From NCBI GenBank assembly GCA_035262705.1, contig DATFSI010000009.1, forward strand, positions 3 through 64,002: a stretch of DNA of 64,000 nt, written 5' to 3'. Source of the DNA: Candidatus Acidiferrum sp. (lineage in GTDB: Bacteria; Acidobacteriota; Terriglobia; Acidiferrales; UBA7541). The notes under the pieces were generated by a model that was given only the letters and a program-made list of their open reading frames with translations, ran no database searches and was not told the DNA's origin. The position numbers were made by a program, and so were the translations under genes. This document shows, piece after piece, positions 27,457 to 35,748 of this stretch; positions within the stretch are counted from its first letter, which is position 1, and each line of letters begins with the position of its first letter.

Positions 27457-28484
27457 CTCTAGCGCGCCTTCTGATGCGCTGCGGCATTCTCGTGGCCATT
27501 CTTTTCGCCGTGGTTGTAATCGCCCTGAAGCTTGGCGCGGTGCAGGTTTCTCTCTATGGATTGGGGAAGGATTTGCTCGGCGTGCTGTTGCGCCGCAGCA
27601 ACACGCTATCGTCTGACTACGGCATGATTGTGCTGGACATCCGGTTGCCGCGGATATTGCTGGGCATCGTGGTGGGCGCATCGCTCTCCGTGGCGGGGGC
27701 AAGCTTTCAGGCGCTGCTGCGGAATCCGCTGGCGGATCCTTACGTCCTGGGCGTTTCGTCGGGAGCGGCGCTGGGCGCGATTGTCGCGCTGGTGATTGAA
27801 GGGCACATGAATCTGACTCCGGAACTCGCCGGGGTGATCACGCCGGTCGGCGCGTTCATCGGCGCGGCGCTAACCATCGCCGCGGTCTACGTACTCGGGC
27901 GGCGCGAGGGACAAATCGACAGCAACACGCTGCTGCTCGGAGGAATCATCACCACGTCGTTTCTCTCCGCGGTAATCATGTTCCTGATGACCACGCTGCC
28001 GAGCAATAATCTTCGCGGCACGGCCTTTTGGCTGATGGGTGACCTATCCACACCACAGCCGCGCAGCCTGCTGTACTTGCTTATATTGGGTTTCCTCGCG
28101 GCGGCGGGAGCGATTTACACCACGTCCTCGGACCTGAACCTCCTGCTCGCCGGCGAGAAGGAAGCGATGCACCTGGGCGTGGACGTGCCGCGGGTGCGCA
28201 TCGTGGTTTATCTGGCGGCTTCCATTCTTACAGGATTGGCGGTGGCCGCGAGCGGAGTAATCGGCTACGTGGGCTTACTGGTGCCGCACGTGATGCGCCT
28301 TATTTTTGGCTCGGATCATCGCATGCTGCTACCCGCCGCAGCGCTGGGCGGCGCGATCGCCCTGGTGATTGCGGACACGCTGGCCCGCACGGTGGCTTCG
28401 CCGACGGATCTGCCCGTCGGAGCGATGACCGCGATGGCCGGTGCGCCGCTGTTCATTTATCTGCTGCGCAGGAGGCTGGCATGA
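27444..28484 (+). CDS. btuC: FecCD/BtuC-family ABC permease
   Basis: DIRLPR, QALLRNPLADPYVLGVSSGA, A.HLGVD, IGYVGLLVPH, LPVG. Confidence 0.88.
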   Translation: MRPLTLARLLMRCGILVAILFAVVVIALKLGAVQVSLYGLGKDLLGVLLRRSNTLSSDYGMIVLDIRLPRILLGIVVGASLSVAGASFQALLRNPLADPYVLGVSSGAALGAIVALVIEGHMNLTPELAGVITPVGAFIGAALTIAAVYVLGRREGQIDSNTLLLGGIITTSFLSAVIMFLMTTLPSNNLRGTAFWLMGDLSTPQPRSLLYLLILGFLAAAGAIYTTSSDLNLLLAGEKEAMHLGVDVPRVRIVVYLAASILTGLAVAASGVIGYVGLLVPHVMRLIFGSDHRMLLPAAALGGAIALVIADTLARTVASPTDLPVGAMTAMAGAPLFIYLLRRRLA

Positions 28485-29326
28485 GTAGCGTGGCGCGTCC
28501 GCTTCCCGGCGAACCCTCGCGCACGAGTTCCGAGGTGCGCCTGAGCGTGGAGCAGGTAAGCTATGCGTATGCGGCCAATCCGGCGCAGGCGCCGCTGTTT
28601 ACTCTGGAAGCGTTGAGCTTTCAGGCGAAGCCGGGTGAGCTTGTTGCTATCCTCGGCCCCAACGCCAGCGGCAAATCCACACTGCTGCGATTGATTTCCG
28701 GGGAACTCGAAGCGCTTTCCGGGCGCATCTTTCTCAACGGTTTTGCGACGCACGATCTGCCGGTGAAGATGCGCGCGCAGCGCATCGCCATGGTGCAGCA
28801 GGAGAGCCGCCTGCTGTTTCCTTCGCGGGCATGGGAATTTGTGCTGCAGGGGCGGCATCCGTATGGCGGCGGGCTGCGCTTTGAATCCGAGGAAGATATC
28901 GCCATTGCCGGGAACGCGCTGGCGCAGGTCGGGGCCACGCATCTAGCGGACCGCTGGATGGACATGGTTTCCGGCGGCGAGAAGCAGCGGATTATTCTGG
29001 CGCGGGCGCTGGCGCAACAGCCGCTGTTGCTGCTGCTGGACGAGCCGACGCTGCATCTGGATATCGGTGCACAGGTGGACTTGCTGGAGTCGTTGCGCCG
29101 GCTGGCCGCAGAAAACCGCTATACCGTGGTGGTGGTGACGCACGAACTCAACCTGGCCGGGGAATATGCCGACCAGGTGGTGCTGATGCAGCGCGGCAAA
29201 TGCCTGCGCGTGGGGCCACCGGCAACGGTGCTGCAGCGGGAAATTCTGGAGCAGGTTTTTCAGGCGTCGCTTTCTGTGGAGATGACCGCTACGGGAAGGC
29301 CGCGCGTGACGCTTTTCAACAAATAG
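28481..29326 (+). CDS. btuD: BtuD/FepC-family ABC ATPase
   Basis: GPNASGKS, VSGGEKQR, LLLDEPTLHLD, VTHELNLA. Confidence 0.88.
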   Translation: MSSVARPLPGEPSRTSSEVRLSVEQVSYAYAANPAQAPLFTLEALSFQAKPGELVAILGPNASGKSTLLRLISGELEALSGRIFLNGFATHDLPVKMRAQRIAMVQQESRLLFPSRAWEFVLQGRHPYGGGLRFESEEDIAIAGNALAQVGATHLADRWMDMVSGGEKQRIILARALAQQPLLLLLDEPTLHLDIGAQVDLLESLRRLAAENRYTVVVVTHELNLAGEYADQVVLMQRGKCLRVGPPATVLQREILEQVFQASLSVEMTATGRPRVTLFNK

Positions 29327-29404
29327 AAGTTTTTCGCGTTCACCCCAACCCGGCGATTTTTTAATCGCTGATCAATGAAACCCGCAGCGGGCGCCGCCCC
29401 TCGA

Positions 29405-29605
29405 CAACAACCGCGGACTTCGTGCTCGGGAAGACGGTGAGAAGCCGTCGCCGCCGCGCGACTGTAAGGCGAATGTGCAGCTCGCATGTCACTGTGGCCG
29501 AACTTGGCCGCGGGAAGGCAGCGAGCGAACTCTTTGAGGCCAGCGCTGATAGTAAGCCAGCCGGGCTGAGGGTTCCTTTTCGCCAAGCCAGGAGACCGGC
29601 GAAGT
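29405..29605 (+). ncRNA. Cobalamin (AdoCbl, class I) riboswitch with extra insertion
   Basis: GGGAAG-ACGGTGAGAAGCCGT-CGCCGCCGCGCGACTGTAA...GTCACTG...GGGAAGGC...AAGCCAGGAGACC B12-box elements in order; upstream of btuB; ends approximate. Confidence 0.9.
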
Positions 29606-29676
29606 CTGCAGCCAGTGCCAGCGCCCCAGGTACCGGCCAACCTTCAGGCTCCCGCGCGTGAGGGAGCGGAGGAACC

Positions 29677-31896
29677 ATGAAAAACTTTTTTGCCGTCCTC
29701 TCCGTGACTTTCGCATTTTTTGCCTATTCCGCAAATTCCAAGGCTGTTCCGCAATCTTCGACTGATAACGCCCACTTGACCGGCACGCTGACCGATCCTT
29801 CCGGCGCAGCCGTCGCCGGAGCGCAAATCAGCGCGCAGGCCACCGGTTCGTCCGCACAGGTCAACGCAACTTCCGGCGCGGACGGTTCGTATTCGCTGAA
29901 CCTTCCGCCAGGGAGCTATCGTGTGCGTTTTGCGCGCACGTCGTTTGCCGCGCGCGAGATTAACGTGAGCCTGGCTGCCGGCGAATCCCGCGTGGTGAGC
30001 CTTCCCCTTGAACTCGAGCGACTATCCGAGAGCGTGGTGGTCACCCCGCAATCGCTTCCGGTTAGCGCGCAGCAGACCACAGTTCCTACCGACGTTATCT
30101 CCCGCGAGGTGATCGAGGACCGTCAGGCGGCTTCCCTGCCCGAGCTTTTGCAGTTCTCACCGGGCATCGCCATAGGCCGGACCGGACCGTTTGGCGGAAC
30201 CGCCTCAGTCTTCCTTAACGGCGGCAATTCGAACTTCACAAAGGTTCTTGTTGATGGTACGCCCATCAACCCACCGGGAAGTGCGGTGGATTTCTCCAGC
30301 GTTACCACCGAAAACATCGATAAAGTCGAAATCGTCCGCGGCCCCGAAAGCGCCATCTATGGCAGCGATGCCGTGGCCGGCGTCATCCAGCTGTTCACTC
30401 ACCAGGGTGAAACGCGGATTCCAGCTTTCGGCGCCTTTGCTGAAGGTGGCAACTTCGCTTCCGGCCGTGGGGGTGCGGACCTCAGCGGCCTTCTCGGCAA
30501 GTTCGATTATTCCGGCTCTGCCGCTTACTTCCACACGGACGGCCAAGGCCCGAACAACTACTTCGTGAACCGCACGCTCTCCGGGAATTTTGGCTACTCT
30601 TTTTCCGATACCAACCAACTGCACCTCTCGCTTCGTAACAACATGAGTGACGCCGGGATCCCCGGACAAACCGGACTTCCTCCCTCGCCTGGCGCAATGC
30701 CGGATCTCTTTACGGGTTACGTACAGCACATCTTTTCGGCCAATGCGCGATGGAACCTCACCAGCGGCCGCCACTGGCAGCATCAGCTGATGGGCACGGA
30801 GTCCTATACGCGGCAGCGGAGTTTTGCGAACCCGGGAGACGTCTTCCCCTTCAACACCATCCTGGAATTCAATCGGGCCGCGGCGAATGCGCGATCGAGC
30901 TACGTGTCGAGGAATTTCAGCGCCACGGCCGGCTACCAATACGAAGTGGAAAACGGAGGCATTACATTTGTGAGTCCCGGCCACTTGCGCCGCAACAATC
31001 AGGCCGGGTACCTCGACTTCCGCTATACGCCCCTTGCGCGCCTGACCCTCGATTTGGGAGTCCGCGCAGAAGCCAACGACAGCTTTGGCACGCGCGTGGT
31101 GCCCCGCATCGGCGGGTCGTATCTGCTGCACAACGGGAAGGGGTTTTTCGGCGATACACGCTACCGGGCTTTTTATGGACAAGGCATCAAGGAAGCGCGC
31201 TTCGATCAAACCTTTGGCACGGATCCTTGTTTCCCAGGAAATCCCGGCCTGAAACCGGAAGCCAGCAAAGGCTGGGCAACGGGCTTCGATCAGAAACTCG
31301 CCGCGGATCGGTGGAAGGTTTCCGCCGATTATTTCTACAGCCGCTTTTACGACATCGTCAGCTTCGCCGACTGCCAGGCCACCGGGCTCTGCCCAGTGCA
31401 AGTTGGTTGCCCGTTTGGCAACGGCACCTATTTCAACACCGACCTGGCGTTTGCGCGCGGCGTGAATTTCGTCTCCGAGTTTCGCTTCCGCAACTGGATT
31501 TTCGTCAATGGGAACTACACGTATGACGATACCCGCGTGGTCAAATCCCCCACGGTCGCGGATCCCGCGCTCATTCCGGGAAATCATTTGATACGACGCC
31601 CGGTAAATTCCGGTTCTTTGGGGTTGAACGTAGCGTATGCAAGGATCAACTGGAACTTCATCGGGTACTTTACCGGCGTGCGCACGGACAGCGATTTTTT
31701 GGGATTGGGGCTTACGAGCAATCCGGGCTATGCGCGTTTTGACATGGCCGCCAGCTACCACGTCACGCGCGGGGTTTTCTTCACCGGACGCGTCATCAAC
31801 CTCTTCGACAAACAGTATCAGGACGTGCTTGGGTTTCCCGAGCTGGGTCGCTACTACATGCTTGGACTGCGCTACGCATTCAGCGGGAGAGACTGA
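29677..31896 (+). CDS. btuB: TonB-dependent cobalamin receptor
   Basis: Signal peptide, plug motif IDKVEIVRGPESAIYGSDAVAGVI, C-terminal INLFDKQY..GRYY..GLRYAF; preceded by a B12 riboswitch. Confidence 0.88.
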   Translation: MKNFFAVLSVTFAFFAYSANSKAVPQSSTDNAHLTGTLTDPSGAAVAGAQISAQATGSSAQVNATSGADGSYSLNLPPGSYRVRFARTSFAAREINVSLAAGESRVVSLPLELERLSESVVVTPQSLPVSAQQTTVPTDVISREVIEDRQAASLPELLQFSPGIAIGRTGPFGGTASVFLNGGNSNFTKVLVDGTPINPPGSAVDFSSVTTENIDKVEIVRGPESAIYGSDAVAGVIQLFTHQGETRIPAFGAFAEGGNFASGRGGADLSGLLGKFDYSGSAAYFHTDGQGPNNYFVNRTLSGNFGYSFSDTNQLHLSLRNNMSDAGIPGQTGLPPSPGAMPDLFTGYVQHIFSANARWNLTSGRHWQHQLMGTESYTRQRSFANPGDVFPFNTILEFNRAAANARSSYVSRNFSATAGYQYEVENGGITFVSPGHLRRNNQAGYLDFRYTPLARLTLDLGVRAEANDSFGTRVVPRIGGSYLLHNGKGFFGDTRYRAFYGQGIKEARFDQTFGTDPCFPGNPGLKPEASKGWATGFDQKLAADRWKVSADYFYSRFYDIVSFADCQATGLCPVQVGCPFGNGTYFNTDLAFARGVNFVSEFRFRNWIFVNGNYTYDDTRVVKSPTVADPALIPGNHLIRRPVNSGSLGLNVAYARINWNFIGYFTGVRTDSDFLGLGLTSNPGYARFDMAASYHVTRGVFFTGRVINLFDKQYQDVLGFPELGRYYMLGLRYAFSGRD

Positions 31897-31900
31897 CGCC

Positions 31901-32605
31901 ATGGCGGCGCCGGAGCCGATTCTTTTTTGCTGGAGCGGCGGCAAGGACAGCGCGCTGGCCTTGCATTCCTTGTCGCGGCAAGGCGATGTGCGCGCCGCGG
32001 CTCTGCTCACGACGGTGACCGAGGGCTACGACCGCATCAGCATGCACGGCGTGCGCCGGGAACTGCTGCGACGGCAGGCGAAGTCGCTCCGCTTGCCGCT
32101 GCACGAGGTGTTCATCCCGCCGCAGTGCGTCAATTCCATTTACGAAGCCCGGATGGAAGAAGCGCTGCGGCACTATCTGGACCAGGGGATTCACCGGGTC
32201 GCGTTTGGAGATATTTTTCTGGAAGACTTGCGCGTTTACCGTGAAACAAATCTCGCGCGTCTCGACATGCAGGCGATTTTTCCTCTTTGGAAGCGCGATA
32301 CGAGCGAGCTGATCCGCGAATTCAACGTGTTCGGATTCCGTGCCGTTGCCACCTGCATTGACCCGAGGGTGCTTGATGCCGGCTTTGCCGGACGTGAACT
32401 CGATGAATCCTTTTTCGCAGATTTGCCTCCGGGCGTGGATCCCTGCGGGGAGAACGGCGAGTTTCACACTTTTGTTTTCGACGGGCCCATTTTCGCGCGC
32501 CCTGTTGAATTTACCGTTGGCGAGGTGGTCCAGCGGGATTCGTTTGTGTTCTGCGATTTGCTGCCGGACAAAATTCGAGAGGAGGCTAGCTCGACCCATG
32601 CTTAA
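31901..32605 (+). CDS. DUF71/COG2102 PP-loop ATPase (diphthine-ammonia ligase-like)
   Basis: WSGGKDS PP-loop, RISMHGV, FGDIFLEDLR.YRE, DPCGENGEFHTFVFDGPIF; start at MAAPEP. Confidence 0.88.
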   Translation: MAAPEPILFCWSGGKDSALALHSLSRQGDVRAAALLTTVTEGYDRISMHGVRRELLRRQAKSLRLPLHEVFIPPQCVNSIYEARMEEALRHYLDQGIHRVAFGDIFLEDLRVYRETNLARLDMQAIFPLWKRDTSELIREFNVFGFRAVATCIDPRVLDAGFAGRELDESFFADLPPGVDPCGENGEFHTFVFDGPIFARPVEFTVGEVVQRDSFVFCDLLPDKIREEASSTHA

Positions 32606-33158
32606 CGAGAATTCCCGTTCCCACGCTTATGCCCTTCGCGCGCTGCTCGCCGCTGTGATGATTGTTCTGGCCGCGGTTGCGCGAATTGCGCCGCATCCCT
32701 GGAATTTCACGCCGATCGGGGCCATGGCACTTTTTTCCGGGGCCATCTTCCGAGATCGCCGCATTGCGCTTTTGTTTCCGCTAACTGCGCTTTTCGCAGG
32801 CGACCTGTTTGTGGGCCTTTACCGCCTGATGCCGGTGATTTATGTGAGCTTTCTCGTGAACGTGCTCATCGGCCGATGGATGGCGGCGAATCGCAGCGTG
32901 GCGCGCGTCGGCGGCTCCGTGTTCCTTGGCGCGTTACAATTCTTTTTGGTGACGAACTTTGCGATGTGGCGCGCGTACGACACCTTTCCCCACACACTTG
33001 CCGGCCTTGGTACCTGCTATCTCACGGGCTTGCCGCTTTTTGGAGACACTCTGGCCGGAGACGCCTTCTACGCGGCACTTTTCTTTGGCACTTTTGCGCT
33101 TGCGGAACGTCAATGGCCCGCGCTGCGGGAACCCACGGCGGCTCACAGTGCGTCGTGA
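32598..33158 (+). CDS. DUF6580-like integral membrane protein (ECF S-component-like)
   Basis: RIAPHPWNFTPIGAMALFSGA, FFLVTNF..W, Y..GL.TCY..GLP.F, GDAFY; about six hydrophobic segments; overlaps upstream stop. Confidence 0.72.
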   Translation: MLNENSRSHAYALRALLAAVMIVLAAVARIAPHPWNFTPIGAMALFSGAIFRDRRIALLFPLTALFAGDLFVGLYRLMPVIYVSFLVNVLIGRWMAANRSVARVGGSVFLGALQFFLVTNFAMWRAYDTFPHTLAGLGTCYLTGLPLFGDTLAGDAFYAALFFGTFALAERQWPALREPTAAHSAS

Positions 33159-33168
33159 GGAATGGCCG

Positions 33169-33594
33169 ATGGTGGATTCTGGCCTTCCCCGAGTTGGAGT
33201 TGGCGTGCTGCTGGTGGACGCACAGGGCCGCGTTTTGCTGACGCTGCGGAATCGTGCGCCCGAGGCGGGTTGCTGGAGCATCGTTGGCGGCAAACTGGAT
33301 TTTCTGGAAACGCTCGAAGAGTGCGCCGTGCGCGAGGCTCGCGAAGAGGTCGGCCTAGAGGTGGCCATTCGATCGTTGCTTTGTGTGACGGATCATTGCC
33401 TGCCGCAGGAGAACCAGCATTGGGTTTCGCCAGCGTATCTGGCGCAAATCCTCGCGGGTGAGGCGGAGAACTGCGAGCCGGAGAAAACAATGGCGGTGCA
33501 ATGGTTCTCCCTGGACGATTTACCCGCCAATTTGACCATGACCGCACGCAATGCTATTTGCGCCTATGCCCGGCAATTCCGGCAGGGAACGTGA
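33169..33594 (+). CDS. Nudix hydrolase
   Basis: Nudix box GGKLDFLETLEECAVREAREEVGL. Confidence 0.9.
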   Translation: MVDSGLPRVGVGVLLVDAQGRVLLTLRNRAPEAGCWSIVGGKLDFLETLEECAVREAREEVGLEVAIRSLLCVTDHCLPQENQHWVSPAYLAQILAGEAENCEPEKTMAVQWFSLDDLPANLTMTARNAICAYARQFRQGT

Positions 33595-33607
33595 CGCCCG
33601 GCAGGGA

Positions 33608-33616
33608 TGCTATAAT
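33608..33616 (+). promoter_or_regulatory. Extended -10 element upstream of gatB
   Basis: TGC-TATAAT immediately upstream of the gatB start region. Confidence 0.55.
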
Positions 33617-33628
33617 TCCTGTTCCTGT

Positions 33629-35110
33629 ATGACTAAATTCGCCACAGAGTCGGCCATGGACTCCGCACTACTCGCTAAGTACGAGCCGGTGATTGGGCTT
33701 GAAGTGCACGTGCAGCTGCTGACGAAGACAAAGATTTTTTGCGGCTGCTCGACACGATTTGGCGATCCGCCCAATTCGAACGTTTGCCCGGTGTGTCTGG
33801 GCCTGCCGGGGACGCTGCCGGTATTGAACAAGCGTGCCGTGGAAATGGCCATGCGAGCGGCGCTGGCGATTAATTGCACGGTTCACGAGCATTCGCGCTT
33901 CGCACGAAAAAACTATTTTTACCCGGACCTGCCTAAGGGCTACCAGATTTCGCAGTATGAATTGCCGCTCGCCACTGGGGGATGGATTGAGATTGAAGTG
34001 CGCGGCGAGCAGAAGCGCGTAGGCATTACGCGTCTGCACCTGGAAGAAGACGCGGGCAAGTCACTGCACGATGGTTTTCCTCACTCGGATGACAAGACCT
34101 ACGTTGACTTCAACCGCTGCGGCACGCCGCTGAGCGAAATCGTCTCCGAGCCGGACATGCGGACACCGGATGAGGCTTACGCATATTTGACGACGCTGCG
34201 GCAGATTCTGCTCTATGCCGGGGTGAGCGATTGCAACATGGAGGAAGGCTCGCTGCGCTGCGACGCCAACGTGAGTGTGCGGCCACGCGGGGCCAAGGAA
34301 TTCGGCACCAAGGTGGAAGTGAAGAACCTGAATTCGTTCCGGTATCTGGCCAAGGCCTTGGAATATGAAATCGAGCGGCACATTGCAATCATTGAGTCCG
34401 GCGGGCGTATTTCGCAGGAGACGCGGTTGTGGAATCAGGCGGCGAACCGCACCGATTCGATGCGGTCCAAGGAAAAGGCGCACGACTACCGCTATTTTCC
34501 GGAGCCGGACCTGTTGCCGGTGCATGTGGGCGCGGGGTGGCGGGAAGACGTGAGACTTTCGTTGCCCGAGTTGCCGAATGCCAAGCGGGCGCGGTTTGTG
34601 GCTTCCTATGGAATCACGGCCTACGACGCGGAGATTCTTACAGACACGCAGGCCCTGGCGGATTATTTTGAGGCTGCGGTGAAGGCAGGCGCGCCGGGGA
34701 AGGCCGCCGCGAACTGGATGCAGACGGAGCTACTGCGACGCCTGAACGATTCGGGCAAGGAGATCGGTGCCAGCTCGGTTTCGCCTGCGGCGCTCGGCGA
34801 GCTGGTGGTGTTTGTGGGCTCGGGCAAAATTACCGCGGCGATTGGCAAGAAAGTGTTTGCCACGATGTTTGAAACCGGACGTTCCGCCCGGGACATCGTC
34901 GCTGCCGAAGGCCTGGGGGCGCGGGTTGGCGAGGACGCCATCGAAAGGGCGGCACGCGCGGTCATCGAGAAAAATCCGGACAACGTAGCGAAGTTCAAAT
35001 CTGGCAACGAAGGCGTGTTCAAGTTTTTTGTCGGCCAGGTGATGAAGGCCACCAAAGGGCAGGCTAATCCGCACGCGGTGAACGATATCGTGCGGCGGTT
35101 GTTGTCCTAG
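33629..35110 (+). CDS. gatB: Asp-tRNA(Asn)/Glu-tRNA(Gln) amidotransferase subunit B (start 33629 or 33656)
   Basis: VIGLEVHVQL, CPVCLGLPG.LP, RKNYFYPDLPKGYQISQ, HLEEDAGK, EGSLRCDANVSVR, YRYFPEPDL. Confidence 0.97.
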   Translation: MTKFATESAMDSALLAKYEPVIGLEVHVQLLTKTKIFCGCSTRFGDPPNSNVCPVCLGLPGTLPVLNKRAVEMAMRAALAINCTVHEHSRFARKNYFYPDLPKGYQISQYELPLATGGWIEIEVRGEQKRVGITRLHLEEDAGKSLHDGFPHSDDKTYVDFNRCGTPLSEIVSEPDMRTPDEAYAYLTTLRQILLYAGVSDCNMEEGSLRCDANVSVRPRGAKEFGTKVEVKNLNSFRYLAKALEYEIERHIAIIESGGRISQETRLWNQAANRTDSMRSKEKAHDYRYFPEPDLLPVHVGAGWREDVRLSLPELPNAKRARFVASYGITAYDAEILTDTQALADYFEAAVKAGAPGKAAANWMQTELLRRLNDSGKEIGASSVSPAALGELVVFVGSGKITAAIGKKVFATMFETGRSARDIVAAEGLGARVGEDAIERAARAVIEKNPDNVAKFKSGNEGVFKFFVGQVMKATKGQANPHAVNDIVRRLLS

Positions 35111-35164
35111 GGCGTGGCAACTCGGCCCGCCTTAGGAGGCGGGCCCTACCTCAGGAGAGAGTTC

Positions 35165-35623
35165 ATGGTCAAAGTGGGCCAGAAGGCACCTGAATTTACA
35201 CTCGCTTCAGACGAAGGCAAGGAAATCTCGCTGAAGGATTTTGCGGGCCGGCGGGTGCTGCTCTTTTTCTTTCCGAAGGCGAACACGCCGGGTTGAACGA
35301 TTGAGGCGTCCGAGTTTCGCGACGCAAAGGCGAACTTCGACAAGCTGGGCGTGTCCATTCTGGGGGCCAGCGCGGACCCGATGAAGGCTCTAGAAAGTTT
35401 TAAGGCCAAGCAGAAGCTGAATTTTCCGCTGCTGAGTGATCCAACCCACAAAATGATTGAGGCTTACGGTGTGTGGCGTATGAAGAAGTTCATGGGACGC
35501 TCGTTCAAGGGCATTGTGCGCAGCAGTTTTCTGATTGGCGCCGACGGGAAACTCGAGGAGGTCTGGGACGAAGTGAAGGCCAAGGGGCATGCCGCCGAAG
35601 TCCTAACCAGGCTCGCAAAGTAA
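35165..35623 (+). CDS. bcp: BCP/PrxQ peroxiredoxin with in-frame TGA (35294-35296) at the peroxidatic residue; probable selenoprotein
   Basis: Track ORFs 35114-35296 and 35351-35623 are in one frame; joined they read FFFPKANTPG-TGA-TIEASEFRD..LSDP..EAYGVW..RSSFLI, matching PxxxTxxC; RBS AGGAG upstream. Confidence 0.85.
35306..35325 (+). promoter_or_regulatory. Candidate bacterial SECIS hairpin
   Basis: GCGTC-CGA-GTT-TCG-C-GACGC: 5-bp lower stem, bulged C, 3-bp upper stem, G-containing loop 18 nt after the TGA. Confidence 0.6.
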
Positions 35624-35748
35624 ACTTGTTACGTTTCGTCGCAAACATTCCCGCAAGTAACCTGCAGCGTACTTACACCATCCAACTGGCTCCTTTATTT
35701 TTCCATCGGGTGCATGCCATTTGAAATCGCGCCCAGGGGGGGTCGCTT

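Noticed and set aside
30205-32010. Long antisense ORFs (also 19293-20588, 52253-53890, 22964-24058, 5964-7136 and others)
   Set aside because: Shadows of well-supported genes in GC-rich DNA, with no recognisable motifs.
33629-35110. gatB without gatC/gatA
   Set aside because: Split gat genes are common; not informative without the rest of the genome.
35114-35623. bcp as a nonsense pseudogene or two small genes
   Set aside because: Not excluded, but less favoured: the only lesion sits exactly on the catalytic codon, the remainder is intact and a SECIS-like hairpin follows.
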